Positions 1-35,005 of a stretch of 64,000 nt of DNA are shown here, in pieces. The translations under genes were made by a program, and so were the position numbers. The notes below the pieces were generated by a model, which saw nothing but the letters and a program-made list of their open reading frames with translations, was not told the origin of the DNA and ran no database searches. The DNA comes from Paraspadella gotoi (taxonomy: Eukaryota > Animalia > Chaetognatha). The stretch is from assembly GCA_051294375.1 (NCBI GenBank), contig CM119265.1:10681042-10745041 (forward strand), read 5' to 3'. The first letter of the stretch is position 1. The number at the start of each line of letters is the position of its first letter.

Positions 1-999
1 ATACTTTCTACGCACACACAAAATTTTAATTTAAAATTATTCTATCCAATTTTTAATCAATATAATAATTCATGAGCTATACAAATTACTTCAAGTAAAT
101 ATGACGTTATTCCATTTAAAACTTATTTCCCAACTCCAACAATTCCATCGAAACTTTATTATCCAGGCTACATCACACACTTCTCTACCCCAGTACCCAC
201 ACACAAATATTCATTTCCAATCCATCCATCCATCACGAGTAATTGGATCTTTAATGAAAAGGTGGACGGACCTTCAGACAGCACGGAGGCGGGACTGACG
301 GACAATTATTCATAATTCGATGTTCTGATATTATTTAAGTGAGTGCACGACAAAAATTTAGGGCGGGGACTACGGGACCCGACAAAGGTAGCTTGATAAG
401 AACGATCCTGAGACTAACAAAAAAACCAAACTCCCCTCCCCCCCCTCTCTCCGTAATTTCGTCGTCACGAAGCCAATTTCACCGATGTCGTCGACGTTGC
501 CAAGGAAGGACAAGAACCTTAGTCACGCAGCTGGATACCGCCTCCGCCGCCGCCGCCGCCGCCGTGGCTGTGGCGAAATCCAATTCTCGGTTCTTTTAAC
601 CATTAAGCCAGTGGGCGCTCTCTCTCTCTCACACTACTAAAGCGAGCGTCGGAGGCAAAACGACGCCGCGAATAATGAAAGCAAAGATTTAAGACGCGAA
701 CGACATGGAAATCAAATTCCTTTCCTTCCTAACCCCTCACACCGCCCCCCTCTACCCGCATCGTCGGCGAATGAGGCGGGGCTGCAGCTAGACTTTTATT
801 TGTTTAGTTTTGATATCTGATTTGTCATCTACCTGATATCGTTACATGTCAGTTATGAATGTTATTAATCAGTTAGCGGACCAAGCATTGCCGAGCTTCA
901 TTAGGAGGCCCATTATTTTAAAACACAGAGAAAGAAAAAAAAAGTGGTGCGACTGATGAAAGATGATACTGATGAGGCCGGAGTCAGTAGCGCGGAGAA

Positions 1000-1046
<47 letters not shown>

Positions 1047-1638
1047 GTTTATAATCAGATTCCATTGGCATTGCTTCTTTGATAAATTCAGGGTTTCTTT
1101 ATTATAATATTGATAAAATAATTTTTTTATTACTTTTAAAAAATTTTCTAAAACAAATGGTCATAACAGATTGTGGAGATGGGAAAGACTGAATTGACTG
1201 AATTTATATGTAACTTATTCGATACAGATTTATAAAGCGATGCAAGTCTAAGTGGGACTTCATTTATCTATTTGTCCGAAAGAAAATAAAAGAAGAAGAA
1301 CGCAGACAGAGGGCGCGATTCTGGCGGGAATCCAAGATCATTGGCGACGTCCGTCCCTCGGCCAACTTTTCTCGTTTCCATCGACGTTTATATTGATTTT
1401 ACTTTCGCTTGACGAGGAAATAAAACGGGAAAGAAGAGGCTTCGTCTGAAATGCGCGCGTTGGGTCAAATTGCTCAACGCGATCACCCGTTAGAAAAAGA
1501 ATATTCTTACGCCAAATTTTTACATAATTCTTTTTCAAAATAGTTAAATCTTTAAATCCTCCCCCGTAATTATTTTCGCAGATTTTTTTATCTTCCGACG
1601 CTAACGGATTTCCCCCCTTTGCTTTTATAACTCCTCAG

Positions 1639-4608
1639 GAAATGTTCGAAATCGTGTCGGCAATATACAAGATGGTGGGCAGCGTGATGAAGATGCCAGA
1701 GGACGAAGCCACGCCGGAGAAAAGGACGGAGAAAATTTTCAAGTGAGAAACGACGACGACGACGACGACAACGGTTTTATCTTATCAACTCGATATTCTT
1801 TTTTCCACCCCCCCCTTCCCAAGTTTTTTTTCTCCTTTTTTTTTCAACGCTACCCAGGCTGTCGTCTGCTTTTCATTTTCCTCCCTTTTTAACCGCAAAT
1901 GCAACCTCCATCTGTCAAGCGTCGTTGTCAATCCATTCTCCCTTTTCGCTCCTTTTTTCTTTTTTCTTAATCCGATCCTTATTCTCTCCTTTTCATGCTC
2001 AGAGACACAAGGCCCGTCTTTTATTCAGCGCTCTCGTTTTCACTCTCTGCTCTTCTCAATAGTTTATAACTCTCTTCTTATTCGTTACAAGTTAAACCTA
2101 CCAAACAAAAAACAAACCCCCGTGTTTTTATCGAACGAGGCATTGACGCGGCTTCCCTCGTCGAATCTTTTCTTTTCCTTGCTTTTATAATCTTTTTTTT
2201 ACCTTTTGTTTACTTTCCACGAGGTCGTTTTAAAAAACAAAAGGTACCTCGACTAGATCCTTGACGGCCGTTACTAGTTGTCTTTCCGAATCTATTTTTT
2301 TCTCCTTCCCTCTTCTTAGCGATTTCCTCTAAGCTCTTTCAATAACCCCCAGTCGTTCCCCTCTTATTTTTTTTCTCAACCTTTGTCCTCGCGGACGCTT
2401 TAACTATTTTCTGGAGATTTTATGGTGATTGAGACCCACGAGCTCCCGTGCGTAATCGGGTGAGGGAAAGTGGGAAAGTTACTGGGATGGGAGGATTTTG
2501 GTCTCTTAGTTTTGTTTGGGACCCCCATGAAGTGAATGAACTGGAAATGGAAAAAAAAATTGTCGCGGTTTGGAAAAGTCGGTTAATTTTATTATCAAAT
2601 TTTTTTTTTGCTAATAAATAAGTTTTAATAAATAATATGATCTCTCTAAGATTAAATTAAAAAAAATATTTTTCGATAGTATAAAATTATTCAATGCATA
2701 CAAATACTTCCAAAAGATTTTTGGACTTATTTTTACATTCGCCGACCGGGGATTTTACGATCGGTTATTTTTTTTGTTTTGCTTTTTATGAACGATGTAT
2801 AAAAATCTCACTACTCAAAAATAAAAAAGGACACTGGTAAGGGTAGAAAAACTGATTATTACAAATCCTAAACCACCCCTAACCCTAACCACCCCTAATC
2901 CCAAACCAACCAATTGCTAATCGTTTAAAAAATATAATTTAAAAATATTGTTTTTCTTTTCCTTGTTTGTTAAGTTTTATGAAGAAACAAATTTCGGACA
3001 TGTTTCGGCTTCAATGTAAACCTTCATCAGCGTAAAAACGAATTGATTTGTAAAACAAATATTTTTACAAATTTTGAAGTTTGAAGAAAGAAAGAGAGAG
3101 AGAGAAAGAGTCTATAAAATATTTGTTTTACAAATCTGTTTTTGCTCTGATAAAAGCTTACATTGAAGCTAAAACATGTCTGAAATTTATGTTTCTTCAT
3201 AAAACTCGTACGTAAACATTTCATTTTCTACCTCAAACATAAAAATAGCAATTAAAATAAATTTAAACAAATTATTATTTATTATAAAATTTATATTACT
3301 GAACAAAAAAAAACGTATATTATTTTACAAACTGAGACTCGACGCTAGAAGGAAAACAAAATTAAATGAATTAACAAAGCACCGACCGGTGGTATCTAAA
3401 GATGGTTGCGGACGTCGAATAATAAAGTTATTCTCTTTTTGATTAAAAGACTACTCATATTATTGTTAATATTATATCTCTGACATGATATTTTTTATTA
3501 GCTGTGAGGCAAAAAATAATCTTTGGCAAGCAGTAAAAAAGATTGATCCTTTATTTAAATAAACCAAGCTTATATTGTTGAGGCATAATATGATAATTTA
3601 TTATCTTTTATTTTAACAAAATATTTGATTTTTTTTTACTTGTTTGATACTTAATTCTGATAATACATCAAAAAGTAAATAAAAATAATAAATTTATTTA
3701 CAAAAAGGTTACCCGAAGCTTTATAACTATATACTTTTAATATTATTTTTTTTAATATACAAATTAAGAATCATCCTTGAATTTATCCTAATGAAGATGA
3801 TGCAATAATTATTTGACATAAAACTGAAAAAAGGAAAGGATTTTTAATAATATTAGTTTAATTCAAAAAATAATAAAAAAACTGAAAATTAATATAATAA
3901 AAATTATAAATATGAAAAAGATAAAAAAAAACAGCTCATATGAATCATAAGAGGTTAAAGAATCTTAAGTTAATCTAAAGTTAATATCTAAATTTTATTT
4001 TTCGATTCTTACATTAAAATGCTGAAAAATAGTTGGAAAGTAACCGCGACAATTTTTTTCCATCATGGTATTTTGCCATCTTTATAATATAAACGTATTG
4101 CAAACAAAAACATTGAGAAATTCTAAATACATTTTCTAATAAAAAAAGCTAATATATCGAGTTTGAGAAGGAAAACAGCGAAACACGAACTCCCAATCCA
4201 ATTAATCTTTACAGCTTTGGAAGGTCATAAAATCCTTTGTATTGATGACCTTGGTGCCAGGCGAGAAAAAAATACCCGAGCGGGGCGATTCTTTCTAACC
4301 AGTTCGTTTTCCCTTCGGCTTAACATATTGATATTCAATTTTTTTTTTAAAGGGAAGCTCTCGCCTTGTTGTATATTTCCACCTTAATTCACGAACCATT
4401 TATTTATATATAAAATATCCAGTCGGCGCAGTCTTGGCTCTCATCATCCGCGTCCCTCCCTCGCCCACATTTCTTTTTATCTCTTTCCAGGCAAATGGAC
4501 AAGAACGCCGACGGGAAGCTAAGCCTAGAAGAATTCATCGAAGGCGCCAAGTCGGACCCGTCCATCGTCCGTCTGCTCCAGTGCGATCCCGGGATGGCGT
4601 CCAGCTGA
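1639..4608 (+). CDS. Neurocalcin/hippocalcin-like neuronal calcium sensor, last two coding exons (5' part lies outside the window or is not recognisable)
   Basis: Exon 1639-1742 reads [36 protein letters not shown] phase-2 GT-AG intron joins it to exon 4491-4608, [38 protein letters not shown]. This is the EF4 hand and C-terminus typical of neurocalcin-delta/hippocalcin/Drosophila Nca. Confidence 0.93.
2736..3430. mobile_element. Repeat family carrying telomere-like (CCCTAA-type) tracts and a hammerhead-containing foldback
   Basis: A reverse-complement copy lies at about 18005-18665, with the other terminus (ggtcggcgaatgt) at about 19186-19220. Both copies share the terminal sequences, the cctaaccacc/ggtggttagg tracts and the internal palindrome. 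Confidence 0.65.
2992..3037 (-). ncRNA. Minimal type-I hammerhead ribozyme, intact core
   Basis: Reverse complement reads ttttacg-CTGATGA-a-ggttt acattg aagcc-GAAA-catg-TC-cgaaa. Confidence 0.7.
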
Positions 4609-7600
4609 TTTCCCCAGTTTTTTTGTGTTTTTTTTCCTACCTGGGGGAAGATGAATTGAGTGGGAGGGGAAAGAAGGGGACAGCGAACAAAAAAAAAAAG
4701 GAAAAATTACAGCCAAAAAAAGAAGAGTTTTTGAAAAACAATTAGATTCCGCGCCAAAGTTGAATTTCAGAAAGTAAACAAACAAGACTCTACCTTCAGA
4801 TATTCGCGCGTGTACATAAAAGATCTTTTTTTTTTCGTGCGCTGTCCCATCAACGACTCTCTTCTTCCCCTCCTGCCCTCTTCTCCATGCCAATCTCCTC
4901 CTCCCTCCCCCCCAATCTCTCTCCCTTCGTTCCTCCGATCTTTCCCGCGCAAGTCGACTTGGACAACAACAACAAAACAAAAATTGCAGCACCGAAAAAA
5001 AAATTAGAGCGCGCATTCGCACGACGGAAATTCGGCGAACATTTCGTTCCGTTCCCCCTTTTGTTCGCGTTATGAATCGAATATAAATATATAAATATTA
5101 ACTGCGATTACTTCATAAGTACATGCATTTTTTTTACTTTTGTATCGGTTCCCTCTTGTACTTTCGTAGGGGTAAAATTTTTAAAAAAATTTATAAAGAG
5201 ATTGCCCTTTTTCACGCCATTTTTCTTCTTGCTGCACAATTCTTGAAAAGAGAACGAGCGAGGATGCGGCGACTGCTGTTGGCATACATAGCATTTCAGA
5301 ACTAGAATATATATATATAAAAATACTTTGAATTAAAAATAGGCAGTAGAATATCCTATCGCTCGATTCATCCTTAAGTTCCTACAAAATACGCGTCGCC
5401 GCATCACGAAGAAATAAGCAGTTTCATGTGATTAATCTTCAGTTTCGTTTTTGACATACACCTATTATTCGGGATTAGATTCTTTCTTTGTTACGATAAA
5501 TTAAAATAAAATCTGCATCGAGATCGATAGGACATTGGAGAGTGACTTTCAATTGTCCTACTTCTCTCCTCTTATTTCGCTTTTCATCTTATCCGAATGG
5601 TTCGTTACTGATCGTAATAAAGTGCAATATACAATAAAACGACAATAGTATTCTAAAGTCATAAGTCTGTAGCAACGTTTTGAAAGGTCGTTTGTGTCTC
5701 GGTAACGTCTTATTAGTAATGAGTTTTGGTGAATATAAAACATTGTTTATAAGGTTGAACTGTAAATGTATATACGTAACTGGTTCCATTAGCGTCTATA
5801 TTTGTGAATAAGAAAAAAAATTGGTTAAATCTAGTCGAAGGGGGGAGACGTTCTCCCCTCTCCCTTTGTCCTCGAATAGAGTAAACGTTCCAGAGTTCAG
5901 GACGCTAAAAGTTACTTTTTTTTATTAACATACGTTTTTCCAGTGATTTTTAACTTAATATAAACAATTAAATGTACTGTTGCACTGATTGTTAGGCTTT
6001 TTTAATGTAATTCTTACTGACGTAGAAGTAAAAAAAAAAAGCGGCTAATTAGCTACCGTTAAGTAAACTCACTTTCTAAATATAAAAATTACTAAAATTA
6101 AAAGCAAGTAAAATATTAGCACTTTGCATTAAATAGGTATCTACAATACGAAAAAAAATCATACAATTTTTTTTTTAATTAAGAATATTTTTCATTCAAC
6201 GGCAGCATAAAAATCCGAAAACTGATCTCTCAGAATTTTCTTCCCAAACATGAGATTTGTTATGTTAAGTTATAAAATATTCCCTTTCGCGACGGCGTAG
6301 GAATTATAGAATTTTTTTTAAATCAAGTTCAGACGAAAAAGTAGGAATTTCCGCTACAAAATCACGAAAAACGGAATCGGCATCAGATTAGCAAGAGGGT
6401 AGGAAAAAATTCTCCGAGGACCGAGTATGCTTATAGATTACCAACGAGAAAAAAAACAACCTCTTTCAATTTAGGGACAACGACACCTACTGGAAAGAAA
6501 CCAGCGAAAACGAAGATAATAAAAATATACCAACATTGTCGGTAAAAAGTTTTATTTTACGAGTTTATTTCTGAGAAACTGGGAGAAGCCAAAAAATGTC
6601 ATCTTCGTATTACTCAAGGAAATGCGTCGCTAGACGCAAAGCCAGTGAGATAAGATACTTAATATAGACTAGAGAAAGGAAAAAGGAGGGAAGAGAAAAA
6701 AGGGTGAAAAGGGTGATAAGAAGAGAATTTAAGAAACAAAAAAGTCAGAGTGAAAAAAGTTTAGTTAAGAATAAGCGTCAAAACAGTAGAACAAGGAAAT
6801 ATTTCATAGTCGCGGCTAGACTCGAATGGCGGCAGTTCCGATGCACAGCAATAAATCGGTTGGGCGGCAAATAGCGAGATAAAAGCTAAAAATTTCATTT
6901 ACATATTGTAGCACGAAATCTCGTTCTACAAAACTTTCAGCAATGTTTTCAATAAAAGGTAATTTTGTTAATGCCCACAATATCTACAAATTTTTGAAAA
7001 GTTTTTTAATTCAAATTCCTAAACAACGAAACACCGAAAATTGTGTTATAGACAGTTGCGGCTCGCCACGACTACAAAATTAAAAATGACAAAATACGTA
7101 GAAGACAATTCCGGTATAGAGTAAACCGGGACTCCCGTAATACTAATTAAAAAAAATTAAGGTCAGGGAGGGAGCGATAGTCACACAATATTTATGGCAC
7201 AGACTGGCTGAGAAAGATAGAAACGAGAGACAGTAAAACTAAATCTGGTTCTCATAATATGTTGGTGGGGTCATCTAAAGCCTATGATGACAGACAGACC
7301 CGATCCTAAAAACACTTTTTGGAGAGAGTTCATTAAATTCCCGTCGATAAATCTTTACGGTGCGGAATAGATCGGGAGGGACACCGAGAGGAAGGGGGGG
7401 GAGGGCAGTGAAGAATGGAAGGGTATTGTGAGATTAGTGCGGAGAGAAGGGGTGGGGAAGGGAGATGGGAAAAGGATGAAGGATCAAGTTCCGATGGACC
7501 GAGAATGTGTGCCAGCTGTTTTTCAACGATCGTGGCCACGTCGTCGAAACGTTGAGGGCGATATCGCCAGCCACCCCCGCCCGCGCGGGGAAAGGGAGGA

Positions 7601-7636
7601 GGAATTCTTCTAATTCTTATTCGCCATCAACCCGCT

Positions 7637-17007
<9,371 letters not shown>

Positions 17008-18004
17008 GTCGTCGAAAGGGCACCAAGAAGAAAGACCGTGAAACCACATGGGATGCAAGGTCTTTAACGGTACGAAATCGACAGGTCAGTCTGGGGATAC
17101 TGCTAGGTTCATAGAGATCAATCCCTTTGAATTCATGATTCTCTGTGATTGTCGTTACATTACAATTTCAAATAATCGTGCAGAAAGATATACTTTCATG
17201 AGAGGTTTTACTGTAAGAAAAAATAGTGAAAGAGGATTCAATCAAATTATTGATTTTCTTATAAAATATAATAGCCTATAATTTCTCCAATTCTTGAATA
17301 TAATACGATTATAAATGGTTGATCTCATCTAAAACACAAATATTCACGAAAAATGCAGTTTCAGAGAATTTTGGAAAAAAAGTGTAAAATCCCAGCGAGG
17401 AAGTGTAATTGGAGGAACGAAAACATGAATTAAAAAGGATCAATTAAATATTGGACTAGTTAAAATTACGTTTGTGTTCAATGGTCATTCATGGATTAGA
17501 ACACATGTGAGCTCGGGGCATTTGCAAAAGTTTCCTAATAGGGTTGCGAAACCTTAATAAAAATACAAAACAAAGTTGGTGGCTCATTGGGACCCGGATG
17601 CGACATCAATTCCTTTGTTTCCGTATGACAATCCTCCACGCGGCCTCTCCAAAGACGCGAGAAAACAAATGAGCAGCGCCGAATGTCGGTCGGCGAAGAC
17701 GAAGGTTCTCTCCACTTGAGTCTCGAGACTAGATGTCAATGCCAAAAGCACTGTTGTCAGCCCTGTTACAATATCTGTCGAAAAAAGACCATTGCGTCTT
17801 TTACAATCAACTTAAGATTGACTTAATCATTGGATGGACCTCGGTTCTCGGGGCTAAATTATAGATTCAGAGATATAACTGGGCTGTTTTTTTCTCTCTA
17901 TCCAGTTTCCATCTATTTCTCTTTCTTCACTGTCCTTACTTCATTTTTGTTATTTAAATTTTTTAGCTTTTAATTCCATATATCTGATATTAATCATGTC
18001 AAAG

Positions 18005-19220
18005 GGTAACTTTACTATTCGAAGTCCGCAACCAACCTTAGCTACCAACGCTAGCAACGGTCGGTGCTTTGTTTTCCCTCTAGCGTCAAGTCTCAGTTTG
18101 CGTAGTAATATACACTTTTTTATAGAGTAATATATTTTTTAAAAATTTTATAATTAATAATTATTGTTTTAAATTTATTTTAATTGCTATTTTTATGTTT
18201 GAGGTAGAAAATAAAATATAAATTTTAATGTAAGCCTTTAACAGCTCAAAAATGAATTGATTTGTGAAACAAATATTTTTACAGACTCTCTCTTTTCAAA
18301 CTTCAAAGTCTGTAAAAATATTTGTTTTATAAATTAATACGTTTTTGCGCTGATTGATTCCGAAACATGTCCGAACTTTGTTTCTTAATAAAACTCGTAC
18401 GTAAAAAATTAATTTTCCACCTCAAACAAATAACGTAACAAAATGAAAGGAAAAACAATATTTTGATGGGATAATTTTTAAACGGTTAACAATTGGGTTA
18501 AGTGTGGTTATTGGTTAAGGATTAGGGGTGGTTAGGGATTAGGGGTAGTTAGGGATTAAGGGTGGTTAGGGATAGGGGGGGTTTTGAAATAAAATTTGTA
18601 ATAAAAAGTTTTTCTACCCTTACCAGAATCTTTTTTTCAATTTTTCCGTAGCGAGATTTCTACTATCTAGGAAAAAAGTATATAACATAATTCATTTATT
18701 TAATAAAAAATATACAAAACATGGATAATACATTCTCAATATTTGGTAAACCCTTCCTCGGTATTAACTATTGCCTACATTCGTCTGGGTATGCTCTTAT
18801 ACAGCAAATTAAGGTATAACAGTGAAATGTTTTTTGACATCTTTAACGCAATTCTTAGTAAATGTTACACATTTTTCCCTCTTTTCTGAGAGTTATAATA
18901 ACGCTTTTTTAAAGCGGAAAAAGGTACAAGGACTTTAGCATTGCCAAATTAAAAAAATATTAAAAAAATATTAAAAAAATAATTAACTAAATATAATTTT
19001 TTTCGCTATTTTTTATTTAAAGTAAAAAAATTGAAGGAAGCTACTGAAAGGTAATTCAATGTAGATTCAGAAACATTCTGATATTTTTAAAATTAAATAA
19101 GTTTTCGAGTAGATATCCTTTATTAAAAATATCATATACTTTTTTCCTAGATAGTATACATTGCTACTAAGAAGCAAAAAACAAATAACCGACCGCGAAA
19201 TCCCGGTCGGCGAATGTAAA
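18005..19220. mobile_element. Second (inverted) copy of the telomere-like/foldback repeat family
   Basis: Matches 2736-3430 in reverse complement. TTAGGG-like tract at about 18495-18585; degenerate hammerhead remnant (cgctgattgattccgaaacatgtccg) at about 18345-18375. Confidence 0.6.
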
Positions 19221-20073
19221 AATAAGCCATGTCAAAAAAGGCTAATCGAAATATATTGTAAAAAAAAGATTATGAATAATGATTTTGTTTCTGCAATATT
19301 TCCCCATAATGAATCAGTTATTGTCTACCTAATACCTACTTTATTTTATTTTTTTAAGAACAGATAATGTGGACAGTGATCTTTTTTAATATTGCTGATA
19401 GAAACAACAGTCAAATCTCAAGCGTCTCATTTATAACAATGAGCAAATAAATTGAGGTATACTACACGTTCTTCAGAAAAAAAAATATATAAAATATGTA
19501 ATAACATCCGTCTGGTATCAACTTAATTTTAAAATTTATTTAAGTATGAAATTAATCGTTACTATTAAAATAACTCAGATGTTCCCCAACCTGCTGATCG
19601 GCTGTTTCCGGCATTTCTACGTCTATAATTCACTCTCTTTTGAAACGCGCATTTATACTCAGGTAAATATCATTTTAATAAATGATTAAAAAACTCCTCC
19701 GTGAGCCAAATGAACTAATACAAAATAAAAATTAATTACAAGTAAATTATATATATTTATATATATATAAATATTATATATTTTTAAACCACCAAAGCCT
19801 GTCCAAAGTCAGGGACAAGATAGCTTATTTATTAAATGAATGGATAATTTTTATATTGGTTGTACCAATTTCATGACAATAAATAAAATTTATCATACTA
19901 TTATTTAATTAAGTAGACAGAGATTTCCGCTGCCACCACATTGAAGTAAGTAGACACGAGACAGAGATTTCAACATGAAACCAAAGTGGATTTTATTCTG
20001 AGAAATATAATAAGCGAAGACGGTGTCAGAATTTGAGACAGATGGATTCAATACAAAATGGTCCAGTATTTAT

Positions 20074-20779
20074 TAGGGTTACGATAACCGTTAACAGTTA
20101 ACGGTTATTAACGGTTAAAAATAATTTTAACCTAACCGTTAATATATTTATTTTAACGGTTAAATTCGGTTAATTTTTAAATATGATTTTTTTTATTTTT
20201 TGGTATAAAATCTTTGATTTTTTAAAAGAAAAGTAATTTTTTCTTGTCCTCTCTTATTCTCCTTATGGCTTATGAAAAAATAAAAACAAAAAACAAGCGT
20301 TCAAGAAACTAACATCAAGAAAAATAATGAAGAGATATAACGAAAGAAAAAGAGAAAGAGAGAGAAAGAAAAGACAAAACATAGAATTAGAATTACATTG
20401 TGGTTTTTCTTTCTTTATCCTTTTATATATTTTTATTATGCTATGAGGTAAAAGAAAAAGTTTTGTAAGTAAGATTTATCACGATGCATTATCTGATTAG
20501 CTAAATTATCATAGGTAGAATCAAAATAGTTTGCTCAAATCAATTTTTAATTTACTAACTAAAATATGTACCTATCTATCTGAAATAGAAGATAAAAAAG
20601 ATTCAGGAGCAAGAGTTAAAGATAAAATACCATTAAATACTTTAGTTTGATTTAAATAATAATATTTTAAATTTAAAGTAAAATTATAAAATTAACCGAT
20701 TTTAACGGTTAACCGTTAAAAATATTAGTTTTAACGGTTAAGCTAAATTTTTCTAAAATTAACGGTTATCGGAACCCTA
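20074..20779. mobile_element. hAT-type MITE
   Basis: TIRs tagggttacgataaccgttaa / ttaacggttatcggaacccta, a perfect 8-bp TSD gtatttat (20066-20073 and 20780-20787), and many subterminal aaccg/cggtt motifs. Confidence 0.88.
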
Positions 20780-21371
20780 GTATTTATACAATACAATCGG
20801 ATCATCGATGCGGGCTCGTTTCCCGATGGCATGAAGCCTCTCTTCTCATTGGTCCGTTTCGATGATGATTCATCCGATCAGAGAGTCCTCGGCGGATTTC
20901 ATCCGAGTCGCGGATCCGATTCCATCTGCGCTGCAATGATGGAAAAGAAAATAGTCGCGGTTTGGAAAAGTCAGTTAATTTCCCTTGTTAAATATAGTTT
21001 TTGGCTAATGAATAAGTTTTAATATATAATATAACCTTCTGAGAACTGAATAAAATGATTATTTCTCAACAGCATAAAATCATTTAATGGATACAAATAC
21101 TTCCAAAAGAGGTTGTCTCTAAACGTTTTCACTTCTTTTTGATCAAGAGGACTACTCACATGTTAATATTATATCTCTGACTTGATATTTTTTAACCTAA
21201 TGGAAAATTATTGATTTTTAACAAATGCGATTCGCCAACAACTTGGCGATTTTACCACCTTTATTGGAAAGTAGATTTAAAGTTATTAATGATTATAAAT
21301 TTTATTTGGAGAGAAAGAAAATTTTTGTTTTAACAACAATGATTTTCATTTAATTTAAAAAAAATTAAAAT

Positions 21372-21420
21372 ATCAGACATGTTTCGACTTTTTTTTATTT
21401 CGAGTCTTCATTAGCGTTTA
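21372..21420 (-). ncRNA. Degenerate minimal hammerhead inside an inverted-repeat element (arms about 21302-21345 and 21498-21539)
   Basis: Reverse complement reads aacg-CTAATGA-a-gact...agtc-GAAA-catg-TC-tg; G5 is changed to A. Confidence 0.5.
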
Positions 21421-22637
21421 AATCACAAACGTTTTAGTTTCTCAAATATTGAGTTTCGAGAGCTCAAATTGAGCTATGCAAACTTTTTAAATAAAAATAA
21501 TTGTTGTAAAAACAAAAATTTCCTTTCTCTCCAAATAAAGTCACACAAACAACAAAAAGAAAGGCTTAATACAATGATTATAAATTAAAATAAAATTTAT
21601 ATATAAAAAACGTCACGGATTTATTTATCAATGAAAAAAATATAATTGAGTCTATCTCAATACAGTAAAAAATGACAGTCGTTTATTTTGTATCATTTGA
21701 TTTGACTCACGAGGAAATATCTTAAAATTACCGGCTTTTTAAAATATTTTCTAATGATTGGTTTTATTTTTTTATTCATTTTTCTTAACCAGCAACCAGT
21801 TATTAACATTATATTTGTCCCTTATCACTCATTAAATATATTCAAATATCTTGAATACTACGTAAGTTAAAAGTAATTGTTATGTTTTCGTAATTTTGAT
21901 CCTGTATTACTTAAAAGTAAAAGGCTGAAAATATATTTTGTTTAGGCCCGTATTCCCCAGAGAGATAAAATTTGAAAATAATTTATAAGTATTATAGTAT
22001 ATGAGCCACTAGTAGATTGATTCATGATAATTAAACGGGTCAAACTCGGTCGCAAGGAGTCAAGGTATAAAAGCAAAATAATTCATTAGTTAACCAAAAG
22101 GTGATCTTAACAAATGTATTATTTAAACGCAATGCAAATTTACTAATCTCACAGGCTAAACAAACAACTTCAAGATTGCAAATAAAAACGATTAAAACCA
22201 GGCCGTAAAAACGAATGCACTTTATAGAAATGAAAAAAAAATGCTTATGTTAGTACATAATCAAACTCGGCACGTTTTTGCAAAGATTAAAATATTATTC
22301 ACAAGTGGATGACAAGATATGTAGTAAAAAAATCGTGATAATACGATAATTATGTTAGCTTTTTATTCCAAAAATGGAATTAGGCTTTGGATGAGCAGGA
22401 TTGATCAACATTCAACAAGCTTATAAAATCAGAAAATTTATCGATCCACTGTAATTATATTTATTGCGGCAATACTTAAAAAATCAATATATCATCAATT
22501 ATTAAACAAAATAAAAAATCTTTTTAACCAATGGCCATGAGTCTATAATCATTAGACCTCTCGACTAGAATAAATCAAAGATGACGCTAACAATGTCTAA
22601 TGACTAGTAACACTTACCAAAAAGCGCGAAATCGCGT

Positions 22638-35005
<12,368 letters not shown>

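Larger units (their letters stand above)
2548..4066. mobile_element. Non-autonomous TIR DNA element in the NCS intron, with a nested element
   Basis: TIRs atggaaaaaaaaaattgtcgcggtt (about 2547-2570) and aaccgcgacaattttttccat (about 4042-4062). A second copy of the left end begins at about 20936. Confidence 0.65.

Noticed and set aside
950-1000. Two CTGATGA motifs (ctgatgaaag, ctgatgaggcc)
   Set aside because: No stem II closing onto GAAA and no stem I partner; the region also looks error-rich.
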